From the NCBI RefSeq assembly GCF_009914755.1, contig NC_060946.1: DNA of 64,000 bases; one strand, given 5' to 3'. A model generated the notes under the pieces. It made no database searches, was not told the DNA's origin, and worked only from the letters and a program-made list of their open reading frames with translations. Of this stretch, positions 1 to 12,554 are shown piece by piece. A program made the position numbers and the translations under genes. This DNA comes from the human T2T-CHM13v2.0 reference genome, Homo sapiens. Within the stretch, counting starts at the first letter, position 1. The number at the start of each line of letters is the position of its first letter.

Positions 1-56
1 GTCTCTGGCTTCTGCCACTTCAATATCAATGTTGACCTTTCAATATGGGAACTAGA

Positions 57-1140
57 CAGTGAAGCTCTGCCTTACCAGACCACACATACTCTTCGTTATA
101 CACATTATAACCTCCACTTCACTATTCTGAATTGAAAATCATACATTTCATCTACATATACATGTAATTTCAAAAAAGTTAATATAATGCCCTAACTGTA
201 AGGGAGGAATAAAATGAAAGCAATTTATAATAAAATAATATCTATTTTAATATGTAAATTATCAAAAACCACTATATGCCAGGAAACATGATGAAGCGGT
301 CTGATGCTTGTGTCTACTTATAATGAGTAAGTTGAAATTTCAGACAAATATTCAATTGAATATTGTCGACATTTTTTTCTCTATTTTTGACATTTTGAAA
401 TAAGAGCTAAATTAGTATATTCATATATATGGGTAGTGTCACTGTGAATAGGACTGCAAAAGTCGACTGACACAGGTGTGCAGGCAGCAATTCACGTTCC
501 ACGATCAACTTTGAGGTCGATGCCTGGATTTTCCAAAGTGAAAAACAACTCTTGTTGGGGTTTTGGATAAAACAAAGTATTCCCTTCCCCCAATTTACAC
601 TGCAACTACATTCAAGGAAAATCCCATGTAAAGCAAATCTGTGCCAAAACATTTAGCTGTATGTAAGACGGATTTAAATTCTAGGCTCAGATAATTATTA
701 AGGAGGAATTATATCTACATGAATGCCCAGAAGGGCACTCAAAATTCCTGAGGCACTTGGGGCCATTCTTCTTGCTGTGGGACTGTCTTGGGAATTGCAT
801 GTCCTGCATTGCTGATGTAATTCTCCCCAATTACTAGGACGGATCTTCTCAAAGTTAGTACCATTGACATCTTGGATCAGATCAGATTAAGTCGTTATTG
901 TAGGGGGTTTTCCTGTGCATTGTGGGATGTTTAGCAACCTCCCCGGTTTCTGTGATGCCAGAAACATCTCCCCCTTAAGTTATGACAATCAAAAATATCT
1001 CTAGATATTGCCAATGTCTCCTGAGGGTGCAAAATATCCACTTGTTGAGAACCACTGGGATAAGATAATAGAAAATGCTTCACATCCTACATTCCTAAAA
1101 TTCCCCTTAGGAGATGCTACTAACTCCATTAAGATACACT
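57..1140 (-). mobile_element. hAT-Charlie non-autonomous DNA transposon (MER20B-like), interrupted by MER20
   Basis: Segments such as aatttcaaaaaagttaatataatgccctaactgtaa and ttctaggctcagataattat resemble the reverse complement of MER20B as I recall it; the element appears to resume after 1057. Boundaries approximate. Confidence 0.65.
841..1057 (-). mobile_element. MER20 (hAT-Charlie MITE)
   Basis: ttctcaa...cattgacat...cctgtgcattgtgggatgtttagca...gttgagaaccactg, ~215 bp. Confidence 0.85.
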
Positions 1141-1369
1141 TGTCCAGGAAGCCCTGGATTTTATTGTATTATTTCATTCCAATACCAGAAATTGAGCACT
1201 TATGTTGTGTCAGGTGTCATTGATGTAGCAAGGAATATGACGATCTTTTAACTCTTTGGGTTCAAAGACTATCCTTCTGCCTCCCCTCTGCTGTCCTTGC
1301 TCACAGTGGGAAGATGGCCCCCCAGGGAGTTGGGAGCTGGGACTGGATTGTGGAAAGCCTTGAATGTCA

Positions 1370-1713
<344 letters not shown>

Positions 1714-1944
1714 GAAACATCTGGTCCCCCAGTGGCCATGTCCACCAAAACAAGACCTTCTTCTGAGGTGATGGTGTCCCCTGTAGATCCCTTAAAAAGG
1801 AAAAAAATACAAGGGGAGAGTTAGGTTATTCCAAGATCAGATAGTAGAAGGGCGGGGGAAGAGGTGCAGAATTTAACTGCAGTCTGCGGCAGCTCCTTCT
1901 CATTTCCTTTCCCCTGCTGGGCTATGAGAGTTACTATCTTACAG

Positions 1945-2085
1945 AACTTTCTCAATCCCTTGCATGGCAAGGAGTATTATTCTCATTTTACAGATGATAA
2001 CACTGAGCCTCAGGTAGGGAAAGTCATTTGCCAAAGGTCACTGAGCCTGTAAATGTCACAACTGGAATTTGAACCAAATTCCCCA
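1945..2085 (-). mobile_element. MIR SINE
   Basis: core cattttacagatgataacactgagcctcag...aaggtcac...gaatttgaacc. Confidence 0.8.
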
Positions 2086-2184
2086 GAGATTCGGCCAAGT
2101 GCTAGTACCTCTTATGTGGTGACTGGACGAGTCTCCTTAATGGTTTCATTGAGTCCATGTTAGTCACCCCACCTATTGGTCCTT

Positions 2185-2738
2185 CACTCCACAGCAGAGG
2201 GGTTTCAAAACGTACAGATCTGATGTGATGAAGTTAGTGCATACCTTTCTCTTCCACTGATTCTAGGGCTAAGCCCTAGAATGGCCACATCCACAATGGC
2301 CACAATGCCCTATGAGAGCTTCCTCCTGCTTATCTCTCCAAACCCATCTCTCTACCCTTCTTTTTGCTCAGTCTCTGAGCTTCAGGCATACAAGTTATCT
2401 CTTGGCAACTTGGGGCCTTTGTGTATGATATATTCCCTTTGCCTATTCAGATGCTTTTCACCTTCTGCTCTCCCAAACCTCAGATCAAGCATCACTTCTT
2501 TATGCAAGTCTCTTCCATCCCCATTTATATCCCCAGTCGTCTGGGTCAGGTCCATGTATTGTATATGCTCATACAACAGTGTTTCTTTCTATTGCATTAT
2601 TAAATGTTAATCTATTCTCTTCCAGTAAACTTCCCACAAAAGCACCAGCTCAGCTTGCTATGGTCTTCTCATTCACTGGCTTACTGCATGGCACATAGTA
2701 GGTGCTCAATAAGTGTCTGATCGGTGAATGAATGAATG
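2185..2738 (+). mobile_element. L2 LINE 3' fragment
   Basis: ends in L2 terminus tggcacatagtaggtgctcaataa...tgaatgaatgaatg. Confidence 0.75.
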
Positions 2739-3204
2739 TCTGACTCAGATTCTTGTGCTTCATCTTCTGCTCCCACCACCTTAACATTTGTTTGGCATTG
2801 CCTTGAGGGGGTTTGCCACTCCTCTTACTCATTGGTGGGGTCCATGATAGCCCATCAGGGGGCATGGTGTCTGGAGTCTCACAGTAAATGGCTGTTGGCT
2901 TCAAGCTGTGCTGGACTACCAGCACCCATGAGGAGAGCTGCAGGCTGCAGTGGGGAAGCAACACTGTCATTTTGCAGAGTGCTAACAGCTACAGGTACCA
3001 GTCACAGGCCATTGCCCCCCAGCCTTCACCACGTAAATCCTCCACTAACGATTTGTATAAACTTCTGTTACATGTGTTATTTATCACTGCAAATAACTTC
3101 CACAGTGGGTTGGACTGTGTGCTTTGTGCATTCACACACACACACACCTCAGGGAAAAGCATGGGCTGAGTGGAGGAGGGGGTCCCGTAGTTAAACTGCC
3201 TGTG

Positions 3205-3407
3205 TAGGGCTCCTGGCTCTACCTCCCACTTATGAGCTGGGTGGCATTGGGCAAAATCCTACCCCTCGCTTTGCCTTGTTTTCCTCAACTGTTCTGTTGG
3301 GATAAGAATAGTGCCCACATCAAAGGGGACTGGAAGAATTAAGTGAGGGCAGATAAAGCCTCACATGGGGCTGGACACATAGTAAGCACTCAATAAAAAT
3401 TAGTTGC
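3205..3407 (+). mobile_element. MIR SINE
   Basis: ttgggcaaa...ttttcctca...cacatagtaagcactcaataaa. Confidence 0.75.
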
Positions 3408-3822
3408 CACCACCACCACTACCATCATCACCACCACTATCATCATGATCACCATCACCACATCATCATCACCATCATCACCATCACCATCATCATCACC
3501 ACCATCATCACCATATCATCATCACCATCATCATCACCACCATCATCACCATCACCATCACCATCATCATTATCACCATCACCATCATCATCACCACCAT
3601 CATCACCATCACCATCACCATCATCACCATATCATCATCATCACCATCACCATCATCAATATCACCATCACCATCACCATCACCATCATTACCATATCAT
3701 CATCAGCAGCAGCATCATCATTATCACCATCACCATCATCATTACCACCATCATCAACATCGCCATTATCATCACCATCATCATCACCATATCATCATCA
3801 TCACCAACATCATCATCATCAT
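3408..3822. repeat. (CAT/CAC)n imperfect trinucleotide repeat, ~415 bp
   Basis: continuous caccatcatcaccatcac pattern; source of the poly-His/Ser/Ile pseudo-ORF. Confidence 0.97.
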
Positions 3823-4064
3823 CTTACACAGGGACTCTAGGCAGCATCCCACTCCACGAGGCTGTAAGAGCAAGAGAGAAGGGATTCCATCTCCTGCTCA
3901 TTTAAAGTCTCTAGCACACATCTCTGTCACACAGTAGGTGCTCAACCAGTATTAGTTAAATGAGATGAGACAGATTCAGGCTCAGAATCAGCTACAGCCC
4001 TAAGCCAGTTGCATAGAAGGGGCCAGATTCACGTGTCCTTATGCCCATTTTCTAGTCAGTGCAG

Positions 4065-4263
4065 ATGGTGACCTACTCTGGCCAGATGAGTGACCTTGGC
4101 TAAGTCACCTCACCTCTCCCAGCCTTGGCTTCCTCATCTCAATCAAATAAAAGGGGTGGTGGCTTCCTTTCACCATCCTCCTAGATTTTGGAAGACCAAG
4201 TGAGATAATGGATGTGGAGTTCACTCAGAGTCTGGCATGCAGTGAGTATCCAAAAAATGTTGG
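4065..4263 (+). mobile_element. MIR SINE
   Basis: gtgaccttggctaagtcacctcacctctc...ttcctcatct...tgagataatggatgtg. Confidence 0.75.
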
Positions 4264-4270
4264 GTTCGAG

Positions 4271-4935
4271 CATTCATTCAATCAACAAACTTTATTGGGT
4301 GTTTCTATGTGCCAGACACTGTACTAGGCACTTGGCACACCAGTGACCAAAACCCTGTCCTCAAGAGTTTTCATTCCAGCGGGAGGAGAAAAATATGAAA
4401 CACAAGGTCTGAAAATTAATCTCACTATTGAAAAAAGAGTATGCTGAGGGGATCAACATGATGGAGCAAGGGGTTGCACTTATTGGTATGGTGGCCAAGG
4501 GAGGACTCATTGAGAAAGATGCCATTCAAACAGACTTGAAGAAGTCATGGATATATTTCCCAGTATCTGTGGGAAAGGCATTTAAGGCAGAGAGAACGCT
4601 TGTACAAAGTCCCTGAGGTGGGCATGTGCCTGTTCAAGAAACAACAGAAGTGAAGGAGTTGATTTGCCTGGGGCAGAGTGAGTGGATACGGGAGATGAAA
4701 TCAATGAGTTCACATGGACCTAGACTGTGCAGTCTTGTGGGACATCATAAGGACTTTGGTTTTTACTTTTAGTGGGATGAAAGTCATGGGAGGCTCTTGA
4801 GTAAAGGAGTGCCAAGATTGGACTTAGATTTTGAAAGGATCACTTCTGCTTCCATAGCAGTGGAGAAAGAGCAGAAGCCAGGAGATCAGTTAGGAGGCCA
4901 CTGCAGTGCCCGTGGCACAGGGCCATGGAGGCTGG
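4271..4935 (-). mobile_element. L2 LINE fragment
   Basis: cattcattcaatcaacaaactttattgggtgtttctatgtgccagacactg; internal caaagtccctgaggtggg and ttttgaaaggatcact. Confidence 0.8.
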
Positions 4936-5340
4936 GTGACACCTTGATACATCTTTGCTGGGGCTTCTCATGTCACCCTTCTTAGGGAAAAGAAACAGGA
5001 AGGCATTCAGCAGGCAACACTCACTTCGGCTGTGAGAGCCATGCCCAGTTTGAGGATGGCCATTCCACACTGGGTGACACTGTCTCCCTCAGCACCTCAG
5101 ATGTGCAGGACACCAACACTTTCTCCTTCCAAGCCCCAGTTCTGTCCATCTCATTCTGACTCCTTGCTGCTCCACACCTGCCTTGCCAAACCCCAGTTGT
5201 GTTTGGCAGCCTGTGTGAACCTTGGCTACCACCCACTAGCCACCTGGCCCGCAGCAGCCCTTGGGAACAGCAGCTGGCTGGGTATGTCCAGGGCCTGATC
5301 CTCCTGGGTCATTGGTCAGGGCTTTGGGCCACTTCTTCCC

Positions 5341-5795
5341 TGTATCAGTTTCTAGGGCTGCTGTAACAAAGTACCATAAACAGGGTGGCTTAAAATAGTA
5401 AAACTTTATTATCTAACAGTTCTAGAAGCCAGAAGCTCAAAATCAAGGTGTTGACAGCGCCATGCTCCCTCCACGCGCTCTATGGAAGAAACTTCCTTGC
5501 CTTTCCTGGCTTCCAGTGGTTGCTGGCAATCCTTGGCTTTCCTTGGCTTTCACAGGCATCACGTCAAATTCTGTCTCTGTCCTTACGGGGCTTTCTTCTG
5601 TGTATGTCTTGCCTTTGTACATCTACAAATCTCCATCTCCTTATAAGAACGTCAGTCATTGGATTTAGGGCCCACCGTAATCCAGTATGACCTCATCTTA
5701 AATTGGTTGCATCTACAAATATCCTACTTCCAAATAAGGCCACGTTCACAGGTACCAAACGTTGGAGTTTCAACATCTCTTTTTAGGGGCATGAC
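5341..5795 (-). mobile_element. MaLR solo LTR (MLT1C-like)
   Basis: tgtatcagtttctagggctgctgtaacaaagtacca...gggcccaccgtaatccagtatgacctcatctta...ccaaataagg. Confidence 0.85.
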
Positions 5796-6049
5796 TGTGG
5801 TTTGGTCTACCATCTCCTCTCAACTTCCTCACTGGTCTCCCTGCCATCAGCCTCTACCTCTCCTGTCCAGCCTCCTCCCTGCAGTCAGAAATCTCTCTAA
5901 ACTATCTGAGAGTGCCACTTCCTTGCAACAAACCCTTCCATGCCCTCCCAATAAAGTCAGCACTCCTTAGCATGTCATTGAAGACCCTGTTGTTCTGGCC
6001 CTTGTAGACTCTCTCTTCTCCCTGTGTTTGGTCTCGCTAGTTTAGCTTG

Positions 6050-6220
6050 GTAGTTTTCACCACTGGCTGCCTATTACAGACAACTAGAAACTTTCAAAAA
6101 ATGTCCATGCCTGGGCTCCTGGACTAATTAAAGTGGATACCTGGGATAGAGGCTGGTTGCTGTGTGCTGTGGAAACTCCCAGGTGATTCCAATGAGCAGT
6201 CGGGGCTGAGGACAACTGCT
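6050..6220. mobile_element. MER5B-like hAT-Charlie MITE
   Basis: ctcccaggtgattccaatgagcagtcggggctgaggacaactg terminus. Confidence 0.6.
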
Positions 6221-6230
6221 CTGGCTCTAC

Positions 6231-6388
6231 CAGTGTTTCTCACACTGGAGCAAAACTCAGAACCCCCTGGAGGGCTTGTTACAATAAGGACTTCTACCCC
6301 TCAGAGTTTCTGATTCAACAGATCTGGAGTGGGGCCAGAGAGTTTGCATTTTTAACAAGTTCCCAGGCAATGCTAATGCTGCTGGTAT
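6231..6388. mobile_element. MER5A
   Basis: cagtgtttctc...ctggagggcttgtta...cagagtttctgattca...tttgcatttttaacaagttcccagg. Confidence 0.8.
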
Positions 6389-6391
6389 ACT

Positions 6392-6618
6392 GGAGTTTCT
6401 CAACCTTGGCACTATTGACATTTGGGCTGGGTGATTCTTTGTGGCGGGGGCTGTCTTGTGCATTGTGGGATGCTTAACGGCATCTTTGCCCTCAACTGTT
6501 AGATGCCAGTAGCACCCCTATCCCAATACACATACTTGTAATAATCTGAAATATCTCCAGACATTGCCAAGTGTCTCCTAGAGAAGAGGAGACAGAATTT
6601 CTCCACACAGTGGCACTG
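6392..6618 (-). mobile_element. MER20
   Basis: gtttctcaaccttggcactattgacatttgggc...agatgccagtagcaccc...tctccagacattgccaa. Confidence 0.85.
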
Positions 6619-7509
6619 GGTAAGCACAGATGCCAGGCTGGGGCCAGACAGTGATCAGGGAAGGCCTTGGTGGTTGTGATAAATGACAGATAACTCTCAT
6701 AAGTGTGACTGACATGGCCTCTCCTGCCTCAGGGCCTTTGAACATGCTGATCCTGTTGCAGGCAGCTCTATTCCCTTGTCTTTCCCTGACTGTCTACTGT
6801 GGGTCGGTCAGCTCTCAGTTTCTCCATCACCTCCCCCGGGAGGCCTTCTCTGATCACTGCCTGATGCCAGCCTGGCTTCTATGCTTACCCAATACCACAG
6901 TGTGGAGAAATGGACAGTCCACAGCTGTTCCTGACAGCAACCCCAAAGGGATGCCCCACAGAGGAGTAAAGCAACTGTGCATGGCTAGAGTTCAGGGGAA
7001 GGAACGTTCCCTGGGGCTAGGCCAGAATGGGAAGGCTTCTGGAGGAGGTGGCCTCAGAACCATAAAGGATGGGTAGGTACTGGATAAGCTGAGAGGAACT
7101 AGGGGGACACTGGTCCTGAGGGAACCTCGATGCGTGAGTGTGGAGGCTGGAAAGCCAAGGCTATTTCCTTGCCTGTAAAATGAGGCCAATAATCACACCT
7201 GCTTTACAGAATTGCTGGGGGGATCTAATGCATGGTATGCGCCAGGTAGGAAGTGCCCAGTAGATGTCAGAGAGGATGAAGATGATGGTGGGTGGGGAGC
7301 CTTGATCATTCCAGTGCGGCTGGAATGGGTTGGGTAGGGAGGAGGCTTGTGGGAGAGAACCAGAGAGGGTGCTTGGACTTTGAGGCAATGCAAAGGCATG
7401 GAAGGGGTTGGGGCGGGGCAGGGCAGGGGATGTGGAATACGGGCTCTTTGGGGAGTCTGTCTGCAAGGCGAGGTTAGAAGCAGGAGCACAGGGAGAAAAT
7501 GTGGCAGCC

Positions 7510-7955
7510 AAGGTTCTGGCAGGAAACAGGTGGAATCTTTCGACGGGAATTTGAAGAGTAGTATTAAAGGGATTATTTACAAATGTGGGGACAGGATGTA
7601 GGGATATCAGAGAGCAGGGGCAGCACTGGGGTTAGTCATAGCAGGAAGCTGTTACTACCTCTAAGCGCAAATGGGCAAGGGAGGTGAGAGGTTCCCAGAA
7701 CCACAGGATAGGGAGGGTGAGTGATGGGAACCTGCGGACAGGAGCTGTGGACCTCAGTGGTGGGGACCAGCCTGCTCGAGGGACTTCCCTCATAGGAAGC
7801 CTTCAACCTTACTTCTGTCATCTCCTGCTGGTCCTTGCTGTTGGCTTAACACAACAAGAAACCCTTGATGCATGCACAGGTGGACCTCCAGGGCAGAGAG
7901 TGGGGTGGAGAAGGGTGCAGAGTAGGGCAGATGGGCTGATGGAAAAATTGCCAGC
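7510..7955. mobile_element. ancient LTR fragment (ERVL/MaLR-type, subfamily uncertain)
   Basis: caggaaacag...aaagggattatttacaaatgtggg...gctgttactacctcta resembles old LTR consensus. Confidence 0.45.
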
Positions 7956-7977
7956 ACTGACTAGATAGGAAGGCCAG

Positions 7978-8739
7978 AGTGTGTGAAGTGTGTGTGTGAG
8001 ATTATGTGTGTATGTGTACTTGTGCACATGAGTGTAAGAGAGAGTCTATATGTGTTCATTTATATGTGAGTGTATATGTGTGAAAGGGTGTACATACGCG
8101 TGTACATGTGAGTGTGTGTAAGTGTGTGTATGAGAGACTGTGTGCACAGAGTACATGAGTGTGTATGTATATGTGTACATAAGAGAGGGTATGCAGGGGA
8201 GGGAGAGTGTGTATGTGTGTGAGAGATGGAGTGTGTGTGGGTACATTTGTGTACGTGTGTATGGGAGAGTGTGTGTATGCGTAAGAGTGTGGATATGTGT
8301 GTGCACGAGTGTGACAGGGATAGAGTTGTGTATATGTACATGAGAAAGATGGAGTGTGTGTACATGTGTACATGCATATATGAATGTGAAAGTGTCCATG
8401 TGCATATGTGTGTACATGTTCTTATGAGAGTGTGTACATGTGTGGACAAATATACATAAGTGTGTGATTGTGTACGTGTGTGCACAATGTACATGCGAGT
8501 GTGTTTGTGAGAGAATATGTACATATGTATACAAGCATGGATATGTGTGCATATGCATGTGTGTGAGAGGGAGTATGCACATATGTGCACACATGTACAT
8601 GTATATGTGTGTATGAATTCACATGAGTGTATGTACATGGGTCTGCATGTGTCTATGTGAGAATGTGTGCACATATATGTGTGTGAGAGAGGAACGGGAG
8701 AGAGAGAGAGAGAGTGTGTGTGTGTGTGTGTGTGTGTGT
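7978..8739. repeat. degenerate (TG)n/(TATGTG)n tract ending in (GA)n(GT)n
   Basis: ~760 bp mostly alternating purine-pyrimidine; pure GA then GT runs at 8698-8738. Confidence 0.95.
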
Positions 8740-8899
8740 TGGGGAATGAGGGAGACAGTGGCTGGGGAATGTAGAAGTTCTCTATCACCTGGCCAGGTTA
8801 TAAAAAGTGAAGGTCTCAGGTGTGAAATAAAACAACCACCTTGGTCACAGGCTTCCACAATTTTTGGTAATTATGCAGATGCTGCAAAGATGCCTACTA

Positions 8900-9070
8900 C
8901 TAGAAGCCTTCTTCCTACGTGCTGTGCACCTCACGTGCATGTGACACTCACCACCTTCACAGTGGGTATTGCTTTCCCCCTTTACAATGAGGCACCGAGA
9001 GGTGAAATGACTTCTCCAGGGTCACAGAATTAGTAAGTGGCAGCACCAGAACCCAAACTCAGGTCAGCCC
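8900..9070 (-). mobile_element. MIR SINE
   Basis: gagaggtgaaatgacttctccagggtcacagaattagtaagtggcag. Confidence 0.75.
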
Positions 9071-9219
9071 CACTGCAGCACCCCCAATGGCACAGTGCCT
9101 TCAAGACACTGTCGAGGCCATGCCCTGGCTTTCTAGATGGGGAAAATGCTCTGAGTCAGGAGGGGCTGTGACTGGGAGCTAGAGCCCACAGTCTCCAGCC
9201 TGCAGTTCCTCTATCCCCT

Positions 9220-9750
9220 GGGTGGGTCACCACCATCACCCCACGGCCCGCATGGATACCAGCTTTATTCCCTGAGAAAGAGCCACTTGTTTCTCACAAA
9301 TAAAATACTGTAGGAGTGTTGCTGGGTGACTCTCAAGGCAAGATTGAATTGGTGCTGTAGTTTCTGCTCCAGCTCTCCCTGAGGACACGCATCTTTGGGC
9401 CCTGAGGCTGCCATGTGACATGTTTGTGGCCCTGAAGCTGCCATGCTGGGAAGACCATGTGGCGAGAGGGCATGGAGACAGAGATGCCCATGGATCCCTA
9501 CTGTCCCAACCACCAGCTGTTGTATCTGCCCAGCTCAGGCACCAGGCATGGAAGTGAAGAAACTTTGAAGGTATCCCCATTCTGGCCACCATCTGACTGC
9601 CATCTCAAGAGAGATTCCAAGCCAGCACCACCCAGCAGGGCTATTTCCAAATTCTAAATCCCCAGAAACCATGAGAAATAGTGAGTAGTTGTTATTTCGG
9701 GCAACCAAATTGTGGGATTATTTGTTATGCAGCAGTACTTAACTGATACA
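9220..9750 (+). mobile_element. MaLR solo LTR (MLT1H/G-like)
   Basis: ends ttatttgttatgcagcagtacttaactgataca; internal ccctgaagctgccatgctg. Confidence 0.75.
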
Positions 9751-9859
9751 TGGCTGAAGATTCCTGCTGTCTTCTCTTTATTTGGCATAACACCCCATTT
9801 CTTACACAGGGAATCTGTTCTGAACCCAGATACCCTTTTCTGACAGTGGAAACTTCCAA

Positions 9860-10050
9860 TTATTGGCCAGTTGGTGCATGTTGGGCTCTGTGCTTAAAGC
9901 TAGTATGGTACATACATGATTTCCTTAATCTTCTTAACAACCACACAAAGAAGATAGCATTATTTTCATTTTACGGATGAGAAAACTGAGGCTCAGAGTA
10001 GTGGAATGATGCTCCCAACTTAAAGATGGGCCCAGTGGCCTCAAACCTGA
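9860..10050 (-). mobile_element. MIR SINE
   Basis: cattttacggatgagaaaactgaggctcagag. Confidence 0.75.
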
Positions 10051-11919
10051 GCATTTTCCCTGAGCTAGTCTGAACTGAGCTAGCCAGGGGGTCAGGTCGT
10101 GGTCTTATCCCTGGACATTACAGGCTTCTGGGACAGGTAGCCAGGCAAAGCAGGGTATGAGGCTGGGTTGGAGGCCTGGTCTGAAGAGCAGGTCAGAGGA
10201 GGGGAGAGTAATTCTGCTACAAGGGGCTTCCTTAGCGCCAGTGACCCAAGATAGATTGACGATAGCCTTCCATACCATCCTGACCTTCTGGAAGTGTGGA
10301 GACTGCTGTCTTACCCTGCTCAGGGAAGACTGGTGTGGCACCAATATACTGTGGATGCGGCCCCCGTGAATGTGCTGTCTGCAGCTCCCTCTTCATCTGA
10401 GGCTAAGCCCAGGTGCTCTCACAGAGGCCCCTGATGCCCCAAAACGTGCCAGGCTCTGCCCATCAAAGCAGATAGCATCATCTCACTACCCCAAGGCTCC
10501 ATCTTGCAGCCCATTCTCGGTCCAAGCTTCCAATAGATAATGATACTTCATTTAGACCAGTTTCCTGTTCATTTTAAAAAGATTTACTTAACAATTAAGC
10601 ATTTATTACCTTTCTCTTTATGAGAACAAGGCAAGCACATTATAGAAAATGTGCAGGAAAAATTCCTCTCCATCCATTCAACAAACATTTCTCATGCACC
10701 CACTGTATGTCAGTGCTGTGTCAGATGCCAAGGACATAGAGGTGAGAAAACTATCATGTCATTCCCACTCCACTGACTCACACATCATGGAATTGGGGGA
10801 AGAACATCTTAAAAATCTCTTTCTACCTCCCAGAGAAAGGGACCATTCACATTTTGCCGTATTGCCTCCAGGAACGTTTCCCCATAAAATTTCTATGTAT
10901 ACATATAAATATATATATATATCTATAAATAATATATATCTTTGAAATATAACCTCCTACCATACATGTTACTCTGTAACTTGGTTTTTTTAGTTGTAGT
11001 TTTTTTTTCACTTACGAACTGATTGTCAACATTATGTCACATCAATACATTTTCTACAATATCACTAACTACCTAGGGGAGGTGGGAGAAATTTCCCCAG
11101 TGCTCAATTATCCAGCGTCAGATATTTCTGTTCTTGAAAAGAATAATAAGGACAAGTGAGGTTGTGGGTAGGAGCAGAGTGAGAGAGAGGCCCAAATCAG
11201 TATTTGCTACCCCTCAAGATGCATCCCCTCCTATTCAGAAGAGTCTGCTTGCCTCCACCACCACCCAAAGGCTAGACCTGTTCTGTCAAGGTGGGAGGTG
11301 TTAACACTCTTCTGGGGATGTTTCTGTTTTAAGGAGGGATTTTTTTAAAGCAGAGAACATAAATACCCCTGGGGTAGATAACCCACCCCAAGTAGGCAGC
11401 TGCCTGTGTTACCAGCTAGGTCCTGCAGAGTCCAGCCCTGAAGGCAGTGATCTGAGAAGCAGGACCAATGAGAATCAAAGCTGGAAGGGGACTTGGTTAG
11501 CTCCAGGGCAAACCTGCCCATTTTAGAGATGGGGCCACTGGGACCCAGAGAAGCTCACACACTACCTGAACAAGACCAGAAGCAGGTCTCCAGCCTCCAA
11601 CTCATCAGTCTTTCCCAGGTTGATTAGGGTGGAGGAGTTTCTCCTTTGAACGTAGGAACAAGTCATCTTTACATGAGTATTTTGGAAACTTCCAGCACAC
11701 ATGGAAGACCAAGACAGGCACGTTGCAGGAAGAATAGATCGCTGGAAGCTATGAACCAATGGGGGAGATGGAATGGAAAAAGACCAATTGCATCGTCCAA
11801 AAGCCATTTGACTCAAGGGCTGCTGTCTCCCTGGTTGGAAGGGCTCACTAGGGGAGGGAAGTATGTGTCCCCCTGGGAAAGGCACCTGCAAAGTGCTCTC
11901 CTTTCTACTCTCCACACAA

Positions 11920-12150
11920 ATGTGGTGCAGTGAAGCCACCAGCCCTGGAATCTACAACTTGAGTGCAGATCCAAGATCTGAAGCTTCCTGGCTGTGTGAC
12001 CTTAGGCAAGTAACTTCACCTCTCTGAGTCTCAGTTTTACCATCTATAAAACAGGGCTGATAATGCCTCCCCAGCAAGATAGTGGGAAGCTTGCAGATAA
12101 AGTATGTTAAATGCCTTACATGTGGGAAGGGTTCAATTAAAGTTATCTGT
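11920..12150 (+). mobile_element. MIR SINE
   Basis: gctgtgtgaccttaggcaagtaacttcacctctctgagtctcagtttt. Confidence 0.85.
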
Positions 12151-12214
12151 GGTAGAGTTAACCCCTAAGAGGCTGTGCATCTTATTTTTACGCTTTATAA
12201 AAACACAACAGGGG

Positions 12215-12440
12215 GCATCAGGTGCCTTGAATTCTCATCTCAGCTCCTGTGTGACCCTGGACAAGTTAGCTAACCTCTCGGGCTCTTAGTTTTCTTATCT
12301 GCGAAATGGGAATAATAATAGAATTGACTTTGCAGGGTTGGGATATGGAATAATTAAGATAATTACTATACACAAAGAACTTAGCTAAATACCAGACGTG
12401 TAGATGGAGTGTAGTTCATGCTAGCTGTTATCATTATTAG
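12215..12440 (+). mobile_element. MIR SINE
   Basis: tgtgtgaccctggacaagttagctaacctctc...aaatgggaataataatag. Confidence 0.8.
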
Positions 12441-12554
12441 CAGTGGTATTTTAATTATTACTACCCTTTGGAAACATGGAAGACCTTTCTCTGTTAGCTA
12501 TTCTCCCCATCCCTTAATCTATGTCCCAGGAGGGGAACTGTTATGGGAAATACA

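Noticed and set aside
347-364. 18-bp perfect palindrome aatattcaattgaatatt
   Set aside because: Short, AT-rich and inside a DNA-transposon relic; no support for function
2852-2864. CTCF-like sequences (ccatcagggggca; also ccactaggtgga near 63110)
   Set aside because: Each mismatches a core position; expected by chance in 64 kb without ChIP support
3445-3840. 131-aa ORF with a long poly-His run
   Set aside because: It is the translation of a CAT/CAC repeat; no domain, splice context or promoter
8046-8788. Several long His/Thr/Val/Cys-rich ORFs (also at 13227, 14292, 14358, 22529, 29345)
   Set aside because: Stop-poor simple repeats give open frames by default
9395-9450. Short direct repeat ccctga(g/a)gctgccatg
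   Set aside because: As far as I recall, an intrinsic feature of the MLT1 LTR consensus
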